A DNA stretch of 64,000 nucleotides. It comes from Eledone cirrhosa (taxonomy: Eukaryota). Of this stretch, positions 27,553 through 42,500 are shown in pieces (within the stretch, counting starts at the first letter, position 1; every line of letters starts with the position of its first letter). The stretch spans positions 22,382,001 through 22,446,000 of the forward strand of contig OZ024743.1 in the NCBI GenBank assembly GCA_964016885.1, read 5' to 3'. The notes below the pieces were generated by a model that did not search any database, had not been told where the DNA came from, and was given only the letters and a program-made list of their open reading frames with translations. Both the position numbers and the translations under genes were made by a program.

Positions 27553-30500
27553 AGCATTGTAGCATGTCCAGCGTGGCACCTTGTACTCTTTAATAGTATT
27601 GCAACATGTCTAGTGTGGCACCTTGTACTCTTTAATAGTATTGCAACATGTCTAGTGTGGCACCTTGTACTCTTTAATAGTATTGCAACATGTCTAGTGT
27701 GGCACCTTGTACTGTTTAATAGTATTTCAACATGTCCAGCGTGGCACCTTGTACTGTTTAACAGTATTGCAACATGTCCAGTGTGGTACCTTGTACTGTT
27801 TAACAGTATTGCAACATGTCCAGTGTGGCACCTTGTACTGTTTAACAGTATTGCAACATGTCTAGTGTGGCACCTTGTACTGTTTAATAGTATTGCAGCA
27901 TGTCCAGCGTGGCACCTTGTACTGTTTAATAGTATTGCAACATGTCTAGTGTGGCACCTTGTACTGTTTAATAGTATTGCAACATGTCTAGTGTGGCACC
28001 TTGTACTGTTTAATAGTATTGCAACATGTCTAGTGTGGAACCTTGTACTGTTTAACAGTATTGCAACATGTCTAGTGTGGCACCTTGTACTGTTTAACAG
28101 TATTGCAACATGTCTAGTGTGGCACCTTGTACTGTTTAACAGTATTGCAACATGTCTAGTATGGCACCTTGTACTGTTTAATAGTATTGCAACATGTCCA
28201 GTGTGGCACCTTGTACTGTTTAACAGTATTGCAACATGTCCAGTGTGGCACCTTGTACTGTTTAATAGTATTGCAGCATGTCTAGTGTGACACCTTGTAC
28301 TATTTAATAGTATTGCAACATGTCTAGTGTGGCACCTTGTACTGTTTAACAGTATTGCAACATGTCCAGTGTGACACCTTGTACTGTTTAATAGTATTGC
28401 AACATGTCCAGTGTGGCACATTGTACTGTTTAACAGTATTGCAGCATGTCTAGTGTGACACCTTGTACTGTTTAACAGTATTGCAACATGTCCAGTGTGA
28501 CACCTTGTACTGTTTAATAGTATTGCAACATGTCCAGTGTGGCACATTGTACTGTTTAACAGTATTGCAGCATGTATAGTGCGACACCTTGTACTGTTTA
28601 ATAGTATTGCAACATGTATAGTGTGACACCTCGTACTGTTTAACAGTATTGCAGCATGTCTAGTGTGACACCGTGTACTGTTTAACAGTATTGCAGCATG
28701 TCTAGTGTGACACCTTGTACAGTTTAACAGTATTGCAGCATGTCTAGTGTGACACCTTGTACTGTTTAAAAGTATTGCAGCATGTCTAGTGTGACACCGT
28801 GTACTGTTTAACAGTATTGCAACATGTCTAGTATGACACCTTGTACTGTTTAATAGTATTGCAGCATGTCTAGTGTGACACCTTGTACTGTTTAATAGTA
28901 TTGCAGCATGTCTAGTGTGACACCTTGTACTGTTTAATAGTATTGCAGCATGTCTAGTGTGACACCTTGTACTGTTTAATAGTATTGCAGCATGTCTAGT
29001 GTGACACCTTGTACTGTTTAATAGTATTGCAGCATGTCTAGTGTGACACCTTGTACTGTTTAATAGTATTGCAGCATGTCTAGTGTTACACCTTGTACTG
29101 TTTAACAGTATTGCAACATGTCTAGTATGACACCTTGTACTGTTTAATAGTATTGCAACATGTCTAGTATGGCACCTTGTACTGTTTAATAGTATTGCAA
29201 CATGTCTAGTGTGGCACCTTGTACTGTTTAATAGTATTTCAACATGTCCAGTGTGGCAGCTTGTACTGTTTAACAGTATTGCAACATGTCCAGTGTGGCA
29301 CCGTGTACTGTTTAATAGTATTGCAACATGTATAGTGTGACACCTCGTACTGTTTAATAGTATTGCAACATGTCCTGTGTGGCAGCTTGTACTGTTTAAC
29401 AGTATTGCAGCATGTCTAGAGTGACACCGTGTACTGTTTAATAGTATTGCAACATGTATAGTGTGACACCTCGTACTGTTTAATAGTATTGCAACATGTC
29501 CTGTGTGGCAGCTTGTACTGTTTAACAGTATTGCAGCATGTCTAGAGTGACACTGTGTACTGTTTAATAGTATTGCAGCATGTCTAGTGTGACACCGTGT
29601 ACTGTTTAATAGTATTGCAACATGTAGAGTGTGTCACCTCGTACTGTTTAACAGTATTGCTACATGTTTAGTGTGACACCTTGTACTGTTTAATAGTATT
29701 GCAGCATGTCTAGTGTGGCACCTTGTACTGTTTAACAGTATTGCAACATGTCTAGTGTGGCACCTTGTACTGTTTAATAGTATTGCAACATGTCTAGTGT
29801 GGCACCTTGTACTGTTTAATAGTATTGCAACATGTCTAGTATGGCACCTTGTACTGTTTAATAGTATTGCAACATGTCTAGTGTGGCACCTTGTACTGTT
29901 TAATAGTATTGCAACATGTCTAGTGTGGCACCTTGTACTGTTTAATAGTATTGCAACATGTCTAGTATGGCACCTTGTACTGTTTAATAGTATTGCAACA
30001 TGTCTAGTGTGGCACCTTGTACTGTTTAATAGTATTGCAACATGTCTAGTGTGGCACCTTGTACTGTTTAATAGTATTGCAACATGTCTAGTATGGCACC
30101 TTGTACTGTTTAATAGTATTGCAACATGTCCAGTGTGGCACCTTGTACTGTTTAATAGTATTGCAACATGTCTAGTGTGGAACCTTGTACTGTTTAACAG
30201 TATTGCAGCATGTCTAGTGTGACACCTTGTACTGTTTAATAGTATTGCAACATGTCTAGTGTGACACCTTGTACTGTTTAACAGTATTGCAACATGGCTA
30301 GTGTGACACCTTGTACTGTTTAACAGTATTGCAACATGGCTAGTATGGCACCTTGTACAGTTTAACAGTATTGCAACATGTCTAGTGTGGCACCTTGTAC
30401 AGTTTAACAGTATTGCAACATGTCTAGTATGGCACCTTGTACAGTTTAACAGTATTGCAACATGTCTAGTATGGCACCTTGTACTGTTTAACAGTATTGC

Positions 30501-33500
30501 AACATGTCTAGTATGGCACCTTGAACTGTTTAACAGTATTGCAACATGTCTAGTATGTTAAACAGTACAAGGTGCCATACTAGACATGTTGCAATACTGT
30601 TAAACTGTACAAGGTGCCATACTAGACATGTTGCAATACTGTTAAACTGTACAAGGTGCCACACTAGACATGTTGCAATACTGTTAAACTGTACAAGGTG
30701 CCATACTAGACATGTTGCAATACTGTTAAACAGTACAAGGTGTCACACTAGACATGTTGCAATACTGTTAAACAGTACAAGGTGCCACACTGGACATGTT
30801 GCAATACTATTAAACAGTACAAGGTGTCACACTAGACTGTTTAACAGTATTGCAACATGTCTAGTGTGGCACCTTGTACAGTTTAACAGTATTGCAACAT
30901 GTCTAGTATGGCACCTTGTACTGTTTAACAGTATTGCAACATGTCTAGTATGGCACCTTGTACTCTTTAACAGTATTGCAACATATCTAGTATGGCACCT
31001 TGTACAGTTTAATAGTATTACAACATGTCTAGTGTGACACCTTGTACTGTTTAACAGTATTGCAGCATGTCCAGTGTGGCACCTTGTACTGTTTAACAGT
31101 ATTGCAGCATGTCCAGTGTGGCACCTTGTACTGTTTAACAGTATTGCAGCATGTCCAGTGTGGCACCTTGTACTGTTTAACAGTATTGCAGCATGTCCAG
31201 TGTGGCACCTTGTACTGTTTAACAGTATTGCAGCATGTCCAGTGTGGCACCTTGTACTGTTTAACAGTATTGCAGCATGTCCAGTGTGGCACCTTGTACT
31301 GTTTAACAGTATTGCAGCATGTCTAGTGTGACACCTTGTACAGTTTAACAGTATTGCAGCATGTCTAGTGTGGCACCTTGTACTGTTTAACAGTATTGCA
31401 ACATGTCTAGTATGGCACCTTGTACAGTTTAACAGTATTACAACATGTCTAGTGTGACACCTTGTACAGTTTAACAGTATTGCAACATGTCCAGTGTGAC
31501 ACCTTGTTCAGTTTAACAGTATTGCAGCATGTCCAGTGTGGCACCTTGTACTGTTTAACAGTATTGCAGCATGTCCAGTGTGGCACCTTGTACTGTTTAA
31601 CAGTATTGCAGCATGTCTAGTGTGGAACCTTGTACTGTTTAACAGTATTGCAACATGTCTAGTGTGGCACCTTGTACTGTTTAACAGTATTGCAACATGT
31701 CTAGTGTGGCACCTTGTACTGTTTAACAGTATTGCAACATGTCTAGTGTGGCACCTTGTACTGTTTAACAGTATTGCAGCATGTCCAGTGTGGCACCTTG
31801 TGCTGTTTAACAGTATTGCAGCATGTCCAGTGTGGCACATTGTACTGTTTAATAGTATTGCAACATGTCTAGTATGACACCTTGTGCTGTTTAACAGTAT
31901 TGCAGCATGTCTAGTGTGGCACCTTGTACTGTTTAACAGTATTGCAACATGTCTAGTGTGACACCTTGTACTGTTTAATAGTATTGCAACATGTCTAGTG
32001 TGACACCTTGTACAGTTTAACAGTATTGCAGCATGTCTAGTGTGACACCTTGTACTGTTTAATAGTATTGCAGCATGTCCAGTGTGGCACCATGTACTGT
32101 TTAACAGTATTGCAACATGTCAAGTATGACACCTTGTGCAGTTTAACAGTATTGCAGCATGTCTAGTGTGACACCTTGTACTGTTTAATAGTATTGCAAC
32201 ATGTCTAGTGTGACACCTTGTGCAGTTTAACAGTATTGCAACATGTCCAGTGTGACACCTTGTACAGTTTAACAGTATTGCAGCATGTCTAGTGTGACAC
32301 ATAGTACAGTTTAACAGTATTGCAAAATGTCCAGTGTGACACCTTGTACAGTTTAACAGTATTGCAAAATGTCCAGTGTGACACCTTGTACAGTTTAACA
32401 GTATTGCAACATGTCCAGTGTGACACCTTGTACTGTTTAACAGTATTGCAGCATGTCTAGTGTGACACCTTGTACAGTTTAACAGTATTGCAGCATGTCT
32501 AGTGTGACACCTTGTACTGTTTAACAGTATTGCAGCATGTCTAGTGTGACACCTTGTACAGTTTAACAGTATTGCAACATGTCTAGTGTGGCACCTTGTA
32601 CTGTTTAATAGTATTGCAACATGTCTAGTGTGACACCTTGTACTGTTTAATAGTATTGCAACATGTCTAGTGTGGCACCTTCTACTGTTTAATAGTATTG
32701 CAACATGTCCAGTGTGGCACCTTGTACTGTTTAACAGTATTGCAGCATGTCTAGTGTGACACCTTGTACTGTTTAACAGTATTGCAACATGTCTAGTGTG
32801 ACACCTTGTACTGTTTAATAGTATTGCAGCATGTCTAGTGTGACACCTTGTACTGTTTAATCATATTGCAGCATGTCTAGTATGGCACGTTGTACTGTTT
32901 AACAGTATTGCAGTATGGCACATTGTACTGTTTAATAGTATTGCAGTATGTCTAGTATGGCACCTTGTACTGTTTAATAGTATTGCACCATGTCTAGTAT
33001 GGCACCTTGTACTGTTTAACAGTATTGCAACAAGTCTAGTGTGACACCTTGTACTGTTTAATAGTATTACAACATGTCTAGTGTGGCACCTTGTACTGTT
33101 TAATAGTATTGCAGCATGTCTAGTGTGGCACCTTGTACTGTTTAACAGTATTGCAGCATGTCTAGTGTGACACCTTGTACAGTTTAACAGTATTGCAACA
33201 TGTCTAGTGTGGCACCTTGTACTGTTTAATAGTATTGCAACATGTCTAGTGTGGCACCTTGTACTGTTTAATAGTATTGCAACATGTCCAGTGTGGCACC
33301 TTGTACTGTTTAACAGTATTGCAGCATGTCTAGTGTGACACCTTGTACTGTTTAACAGTATTGCAACATGTCCAGTGTGAGACCTTGTACAGTTTAACAG
33401 TATTGCAACATGTCTAGTGTGACACCTTGTACTGTTTAACAGTATTGCAACATGTCTAGTGTGGCACCTTGTACTGATTAACAGTATTGCAGCATGTCCA

Positions 33501-36500
33501 GTGTGGCACCTTGTGCTGTTTAACAGTATTGCAGCATGTCCAGTGTGGCACCTTGTACTGTTTAATAGTATTGCAACATGTCTAGTATGACACCTTGTGC
33601 TGTTTAACAGTATTGCAGCATGTCTAGTGTGGCACCTTGTACTGTTTAACAGTATTGCAACATGTCTAGTGTGACACCTTGTACTGTTTAATGGTATTGC
33701 AACATGTCTAGTGTGACACCTTGTACAGTTTAACAGTATTGCAGCATGTCTAGTGTGACACCTTGTACTGTTTAATAGTATTGCAACATGTCTAGTGTGA
33801 CACCTTGTACAGTTTAACAGTATTGCAACATGTCCAGTGTGACACCTTGTACAGTTTAACAGTATTGCAACATGTCCAGTGTGACACCTTGTACTGTTTA
33901 ACAGTATTGCAGCATGTCTAGTGTGACACCTTGTACTGTTTAACAGTATTGCAGCATGTCTAGTGTGACACCTTGTACAGTTTAACAGTATTGCAACATG
34001 TCTAGTGTGACACCTTGTACAGTTTAACAGTATTGCAGCATGTCTAGTGTGACACCTTGTACAGTTTAACAGTATTGCAAAATGTCTAGTATGGCACCTT
34101 GTACTGTTTAACAGTATTGCAACATGTCTAGTGTGACACCTTGTACAGTTTAACAGTATTGCAACATGTCCAGTGTGACACCTTGTACTGTTTAACAGTA
34201 TTGCAGCATGTCTAGTGTGACACCTTGTACAGTTTAACAGTATTGCAGCATGTCTAGTGTGACACCTTGTACAGTTTAACAGTATTGCAACATGTCTAGT
34301 ATGGCACCTTGTACAGTTTAACAGTATTGCAACATGTCTAGTGTGACACCTTGTACAGTTTAACAGTATTGCAGCATGTCTAGTGTGACACCTTGTACAG
34401 GTTAACAGTATTGCAGCATGTCTAGTGTGACACCTTGTACAGTTTAACAGTATTGCAAAATGTCTAGTATGGCACCTTGTACTGTTTAACAGTATTGCAA
34501 CATGTCTAGTGTGACACCTTGTACAGTTTAACAGTATTGCAACATGTCCAGTGTGACACCTTGTACTGTTTAACAGTATTGCAGCATGTCTAGTGTGACA
34601 CCTTGTACAGTTTAACAGTATTGCAGCATGTCTAGTGTGACACCTTGTACAGTTTAACAGCATTGCAACATGTCTAGTATGGCACCTTGTACTGTTTAAC
34701 AGTATTGCAGCATGTCTAGTGTGACACCTTGTACAGTTTAACAGTATTGCAACATGTCTAGTGTGACACCTTGTACAGTTTAACAGTATTGCAACATGTC
34801 TAGTATGGCACCTTGTACTGTTTAACAGTATTGCAGCATGTCTAGTGTGACACCTTGTACAGTTTAACAGCATTGCAACATGTCTAGTGTGACACCTTGT
34901 ACAGTTTAACAGTATTGCAACATGTCTAGTATGGCACCTTGTACTGTTTAACAGTATTGCAGCATGTCTAGTGTGACACCTTGTACAGTTTAACAGTATT
35001 GCAACATGTCTAGTGTGACACCTTGTACAGTTTAACAGTATTGCAACATGTCTAGTGTGACACCTTGTACAGTTTAACAGTATTGCAGCATGTCTAGTAT
35101 GGCACCTTGTACAGTTTAACAGTATTGCAACATGTCTAGTGTGACACCTTGTACAGTTTAACAGTATTGCAGCATGTCTAGTGTGACACCTTGTACAGTT
35201 TAACAGTATTGCAACATGTCTAGTGTGACACCTTGTACAGTTTAACAGTATTGCAACATGTCTAGTATGGCACCTTGTACAGTTTAACAGTATTGCAGCA
35301 TGTCTAGTGTGACACCTTGTACAGTTTAACAGTATTGCAACATGTCCAGTGTGACACCTTGTACTGTTTAACAGTATTGCAGCATGTCTAGTGTGACACC
35401 TTGTACAGTTTAACAGTATTGCAGCATGTCTAGTGTGACACCTTGTACTGTTTAACAGTATTGCAGCATGTCTAGTGTGACACCTTGTACTGTTTAACAG
35501 TATTGCAGCATGTCTAGTGTGACACCTTGTACAGTTTAACAGTATTGCAGCATGTCTAGTGTGGCACCTTGTACTGTTTAACAGTATTGCAACATGTCCA
35601 GTGTGGCACCTTGTACTGTTTAACAGTATTGCAGCATGTCTAGTATGACACCTTGTACTGTTTAACAGTATTGCAACATGTCCAGTGTGGCACCTTGTAC
35701 TGTTTAACAGTATTGCAACATGTCCAGTGTGGTACCTTGTACTGTTTAACAGTATTGCAACATGTCCAGTGTGGCACCTTGTACTGTTTAACAGTATTGC
35801 AACATGTCCAGTGTGGCACCTTGTACTGTTTAACAGTATTGCAGCATGTCTAGTGTGGCACCTTGTACTGTTTAATAGTATTGCAGCATGTCTAGTGTGA
35901 CACCTTGTACTGTTTAATAGTATTGCAGCATGTCTAGTGTGACACCTTGTACTGTTTAACAGTATTGCAGCATGTCTAGTGTGACACCTTGTACTGTTTA
36001 ACAGTATTGCAACATGTCCAGTGTGGCACCTTGTACTGTTTAACAGTATTGCAGCATGTCTAGTATGACACCTGTACTGTTTAACAGTATTGCAACATGT
36101 CAAGTGTGGAACCTTGTACTGTTTAACAGTATTGCAGCATGTCTAGTATGACACCTGCACTGTTTAACAGTATTGCAACATGTCTAGTATGGCACCTTGT
36201 ACAGTTTAATCATATTGCAGTATGTCTAGTATGGCACCTTGTACTGTTTAATAGTATTGCAACATGTCTAGTGTGGCACCTTGTACTGTTTAACAGTATT
36301 GCAACATGTCCAGTGTGGCACCTTGTACTGTTTAACAGTATTGCAACATGGCTAGTATGGCACCTTGTACAGTTTAACAGTATTGCAACATGGCTAGTGT
36401 GACACCTTGTACTGTTTAACAGTATTGCAACATGGCTAGTATGGCACCTTGTACAGTTTAACAGTATTGCAACATGTCTAGTGTGGCACCTTGTACAGTT

Positions 36501-39500
36501 TAACAGTATTGCAACATGTCTAGTATGGCACCTTGTACAGTTTAACAGTATTGCAACATGTCTAGTATGGCACCTTGTACTGTTTAACAGTATTGCAACA
36601 TGTCTAGTATGGCACCTTGAACTGTTTAACAGTATTGCAACATGTCTAGTATGTTAAACAGTACAAGGTGCCATACTAGACATGTTGCAATACTGTTAAA
36701 CTGTACAAGGTGCCATACTAGACATGTTGCAATACTGTTAAACTGTACAAGGTGCCACACTAGACATGTTGCAATACTGTTAAACTGTACAAGGTGCCAT
36801 ACTAGACATGTTGCAATACTGTTAAACAGTACAAGGTGTCACACTAGACATGTTGCAATACTGTTAAACAGTACAAGGTGCCACACTGGACATGTTGCAA
36901 TACTATTAAACAGTACAAGGTGTCACACTAGACTGTTTAACAGTATTGCAACATGTCTAGTGTGGCACCTTGTACAGTTTAACAGTATTGCAACATGTCT
37001 AGTATGGCACCTTGTACTGTTTAACAGTATTGCAACATGTCTAGTATGGCACCTTGTACTCTTTAACAGTATTGCAACATATCTAGTATGGCACCTTGTA
37101 CAGTTTAATAGTATTACAACATGTCTAGTGTGACACCTTGTACTGTTTAACAGTATTGCAGCATGTCCAGTGTGGCACCTTGTACTGTTTAACAGTATTG
37201 CAGCATGTCCAGTGTGGCACCTTGTACTGTTTAACAGTATTGCAGCATGTCCAGTGTGGCACCTTGTACTGTTTAACAGTATTGCAGCATGTCCAGTGTG
37301 GCACCTTGTACTGTTTAACAGTATTGCAGCATGTCCAGTGTGGCACCTTGTACTGTTTAACAGTATTGCAGCATGTCCAGTGTGGCACCTTGTACTGTTT
37401 AACAGTATTGCAGCATGTCTAGTGTGACACCTTGTACAGTTTAACAGTATTGCAGCATGTCTAGTGTGGCACCTTGTACTGTTTAACAGTATTGCAACAT
37501 GTCTAGTATGGCACCTTGTACAGTTTAACAGTATTACAACATGTCTAGTGTGACACCTTGTACAGTTTAACAGTATTGCAACATGTCCAGTGTGACACCT
37601 TGTTCAGTTTAACAGTATTGCAGCATGTCCAGTGTGGCACCTTGTACTGTTTAACAGTATTGCAGCATGTCCAGTGTGGCACCTTGTACTGTTTAACAGT
37701 ATTGCAGCATGTCTAGTGTGGAACCTTGTACTGTTTAACAGTATTGCAACATGTCTAGTGTGGCACCTTGTACTGTTTAACAGTATTGCAACATGTCTAG
37801 TGTGGCACCTTGTACTGTTTAACAGTATTGCAACATGTCTAGTGTGGCACCTTGTACTGTTTAACAGTATTGCAGCATGTCCAGTGTGGCACCTTGTGCT
37901 GTTTAACAGTATTGCAGCATGTCCAGTGTGGCACATTGTACTGTTTAATAGTATTGCAACATGTCTAGTATGACACCTTGTGCTGTTTAACAGTATTGCA
38001 GCATGTCTAGTGTGGCACCTTGTACTGTTTAACAGTATTGCAACATGTCTAGTGTGACACCTTGTACTGTTTAATAGTATTGCAACATGTCTAGTGTGAC
38101 ACCTTGTACAGTTTAACAGTATTGCAGCATGTCTAGTGTGACACCTTGTACTGTTTAATAGTATTGCAGCATGTCCAGTGTGGCACCATGTACTGTTTAA
38201 CAGTATTGCAACATGTCAAGTATGACACCTTGTGCAGTTTAACAGTATTGCAGCATGTCTAGTGTGACACCTTGTACTGTTTAATAGTATTGCAACATGT
38301 CTAGTGTGACACCTTGTGCAGTTTAACAGTATTGCAACATGTCCAGTGTGACACCTTGTACAGTTTAACAGTATTGCAGCATGTCTAGTGTGACACATAG
38401 TACAGTTTAACAGTATTGCAAAATGTCCAGTGTGACACCTTGTACAGTTTAACAGTATTGCAAAATGTCCAGTGTGACACCTTGTACAGTTTAACAGTAT
38501 TGCAACATGTCCAGTGTGACACCTTGTACTGTTTAACAGTATTGCAGCATGTCTAGTGTGACACCTTGTACAGTTTAACAGTATTGCAGCATGTCTAGTG
38601 TGACACCTTGTACTGTTTAACAGTATTGCAGCATGTCTAGTGTGACACCTTGTACAGTTTAACAGTATTGCAACATGTCTAGTGTGGCACCTTGTACTGT
38701 TTAATAGTATTGCAACATGTCTAGTGTGACACCTTGTACTGTTTAATAGTATTGCAACATGTCTAGTGTGGCACCTTCTACTGTTTAATAGTATTGCAAC
38801 ATGTCCAGTGTGGCACCTTGTACTGTTTAACAGTATTGCAGCATGTCTAGTGTGACACCTTGTACTGTTTAACAGTATTGCAACATGTCTAGTGTGACAC
38901 CTTGTACTGTTTAATCATATTGCAGCATGTCTAGTATGGCACGTTGTACTGTTTAACAGTATTGCAGTATGGCACATTGTACTGTTTAATAGTATTGCAG
39001 TATGTCTAGTATGGCACCTTGTACTGTTTAATAGTATTGCACCATGTCTAGTATGGCACCTTGTACTGTTTAACAGTATTGCAACAAGTCTAGTGTGACA
39101 CCTTGTACTGTTTAATAGTATTACAACATGTCTAGTGTGGCACCTTGTACTGTTTAATAGTATTGCAGCATGTCTAGTGTGGCACCTTGTACTGTTTAAC
39201 AGTATTGCAGCATGTCTAGTGTGACACCTTGTACAGTTTAACAGTATTGCAACATGTCTAGTGTGGCACCTTGTACTGTTTAATAGTATTGCAACATGTC
39301 TAGTGTGGCACCTTGTACTGTTTAATAGTATTGCAACATGTCCAGTGTGGCACCTTGTACTGTTTAACAGTATTGCAGCATGTCTAGTGTGACACCTTGT
39401 ACTGTTTAACAGTATTGCAACATGTCCAGTGTGAGACCTTGTACAGTTTAACAGTATTGCAACATGTCTAGTGTGACACCTTGTACTGTTTAACAGTATT

Positions 39501-42500
39501 GCAACATGTCTAGTGTGGCACCTTGTACTGATTAACAGTATTGCAGCATGTCCAGTGTGGCACCTTGTGCTGTTTAACAGTATTGCAGCATGTCCAGTGT
39601 GGCACCTTGTACTGTTTAATAGTATTGCAACATGTCTAGTATGACACCTTGTGCTGTTTAACAGTATTGCAGCATGTCTAGTGTGGCACCTTGTACTGTT
39701 TAACAGTATTGCAACATGTCTAGTGTGACACCTTGTACTGTTTAATGGTATTGCAACATGTCTAGTGTGACACCTTGTACAGTTTAACAGTATTGCAGCA
39801 TGTCTAGTGTGACACCTTGTACTGTTTAATAGTATTGCAACATGTCTAGTGTGACACCTTGTACAGTTTAACAGTATTGCAACATGTCCAGTGTGACACC
39901 TTGTACAGTTTAACAGTATTGCAACATGTCCAGTGTGACACCTTGTACTGTTTAACAGTATTGCAGCATGTCTAGTGTGACACCTTGTACTGTTTAACAG
40001 TATTGCAGCATGTCTAGTGTGACACCTTGTACAGTTTAACAGTATTGCAACATGTCTAGTGTGACACCTTGTACAGTTTAACAGTATTGCAGCATGTCTA
40101 GTGTGACACCTTGTACAGTTTAACAGTATTGCAAAATGTCTAGTATGGCACCTTGTACTGTTTAACAGTATTGCAACATGTCTAGTGTGACACCTTGTAC
40201 AGTTTAACAGTATTGCAACATGTCCAGTGTGACACCTTGTACTGTTTAACAGTATTGCAGCATGTCTAGTGTGACACCTTGTACAGTTTAACAGTATTGC
40301 AGCATGTCTAGTGTGACACCTTGTACAGTTTAACAGTATTGCAACATGTCTAGTATGGCACCTTGTACAGTTTAACAGTATTGCAACATGTCTAGTGTGA
40401 CACCTTGTACAGTTTAACAGTATTGCAGCATGTCTAGTGTGACACCTTGTACAGGTTAACAGTATTGCAGCATGTCTAGTGTGACACCTTGTACAGTTTA
40501 ACAGTATTGCAAAATGTCTAGTATGGCACCTTGTACTGTTTAACAGTATTGCAACATGTCTAGTGTGACACCTTGTACAGTTTAACAGTATTGCAACATG
40601 TCCAGTGTGACACCTTGTACTGTTTAACAGTATTGCAGCATGTCTAGTGTGACACCTTGTACAGTTTAACAGTATTGCAGCATGTCTAGTGTGACACCTT
40701 GTACAGTTTAACAGCATTGCAACATGTCTAGTATGGCACCTTGTACTGTTTAACAGTATTGCAGCATGTCTAGTGTGACACCTTGTACAGTTTAACAGTA
40801 TTGCAACATGTCTAGTGTGACACCTTGTACAGTTTAACAGTATTGCAACATGTCTAGTATGGCACCTTGTACTGTTTAACAGTATTGCAGCATGTCTAGT
40901 GTGACACCTTGTACAGTTTAACAGCATTGCAACATGTCTAGTGTGACACCTTGTACAGTTTAACAGTATTGCAACATGTCTAGTATGGCACCTTGTACTG
41001 TTTAACAGTATTGCAGCATGTCTAGTGTGACACCTTGTACAGTTTAACAGTATTGCAACATGTCTAGTGTGACACCTTGTACAGTTTAACAGTATTGCAA
41101 CATGTCTAGTGTGACACCTTGTACAGTTTAACAGTATTGCAGCATGTCTAGTATGGCACCTTGTACAGTTTAACAGTATTGCAACATGTCTAGTGTGACA
41201 CCTTGTACAGTTTAACAGTATTGCAGCATGTCTAGTGTGACACCTTGTACAGTTTAACAGTATTGCAACATGTCTAGTGTGACACCTTGTACAGTTTAAC
41301 AGTATTGCAACATGTCTAGTATGGCACCTTGTACAGTTTAACAGTATTGCAGCATGTCTAGTGTGACACCTTGTACAGTTTAACAGTATTGCAACATGTC
41401 CAGTGTGACACCTTGTACTGTTTAACAGTATTGCAGCATGTCTAGTGTGACACCTTGTACAGTTTAACAGTATTGCAGCATGTCTAGTGTGACACCTTGT
41501 ACTGTTTAACAGTATTGCAGCATGTCTAGTGTGACACCTTGTACTGTTTAACAGTATTGCAGCATGTCTAGTGTGACACCTTGTACAGTTTAACAGTATT
41601 GCAGCATGTCTAGTGTGGCACCTTGTACTGTTTAACAGTATTGCAACATGTCCAGTGTGGCACCTTGTACTGTTTAACAGTATTGCAGCATGTCTAGTAT
41701 GACACCTTGTACTGTTTAACAGTATTGCAACATGTCCAGTGTGGCACCTTGTACTGTTTAACAGTATTGCAACATGTCCAGTGTGGTACCTTGTACTGTT
41801 TAACAGTATTGCAACATGTCCAGTGTGGCACCTTGTACTGTTTAACAGTATTGCAACATGTCCAGTGTGGCACCTTGTACTGTTTAACAGTATTGCAGCA
41901 TGTCTAGTGTGGCACCTTGTACTGTTTAATAGTATTGCAGCATGTCTAGTGTGACACCTTGTACTGTTTAATAGTATTGCAGCATGTCTAGTGTGACACC
42001 TTGTACTGTTTAACAGTATTGCAGCATGTCTAGTGTGACACCTTGTACTGTTTAACAGTATTGCAACATGTCCAGTGTGGCACCTTGTACTGTTTAACAG
42101 TATTGCAGCATGTCTAGTATGACACCTGTACTGTTTAACAGTATTGCAACATGTCAAGTGTGGAACCTTGTACTGTTTAACAGTATTGCAGCATGTCTAG
42201 TATGACACCTGCACTGTTTAACAGTATTGCAACATGTCTAGTATGGCACCTTGTACAGTTTAATCATATTGCAGTATGTCTAGTATGGCACCTTGTACTG
42301 TTTAATAGTATTGCAACATGTCTAGTGTGGCACCTTGTACTGTTTAACAGTATTGCAACATGTCCAGTGTGGCACCTTGTACTGTTTAACAGTATTGCAA
42401 CATGTCCAGTGTGGCACCTTGTACTGTTTAATAGTATTGCAGCATGTCTAGTGTGACACCTTGTACAGTTTAACAGTATTGCAACATGTCTAGTGTGGCA

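Noticed and set aside
32861-42157. Two 1080-aa ORFs (and a 334-aa ORF at 27543..28547) of repeated TRCHTRHVAILLNS as a His/Cys-rich protein
   Set aside because: A 42-bp unit with one stop-free frame gives long ORFs automatically. That frame gains stops (~29635, 31508, 32120, 32861), 41-bp frameshifting units (~36072) and inversions. Three of six common variants being synonymous is too weak to imply selection.
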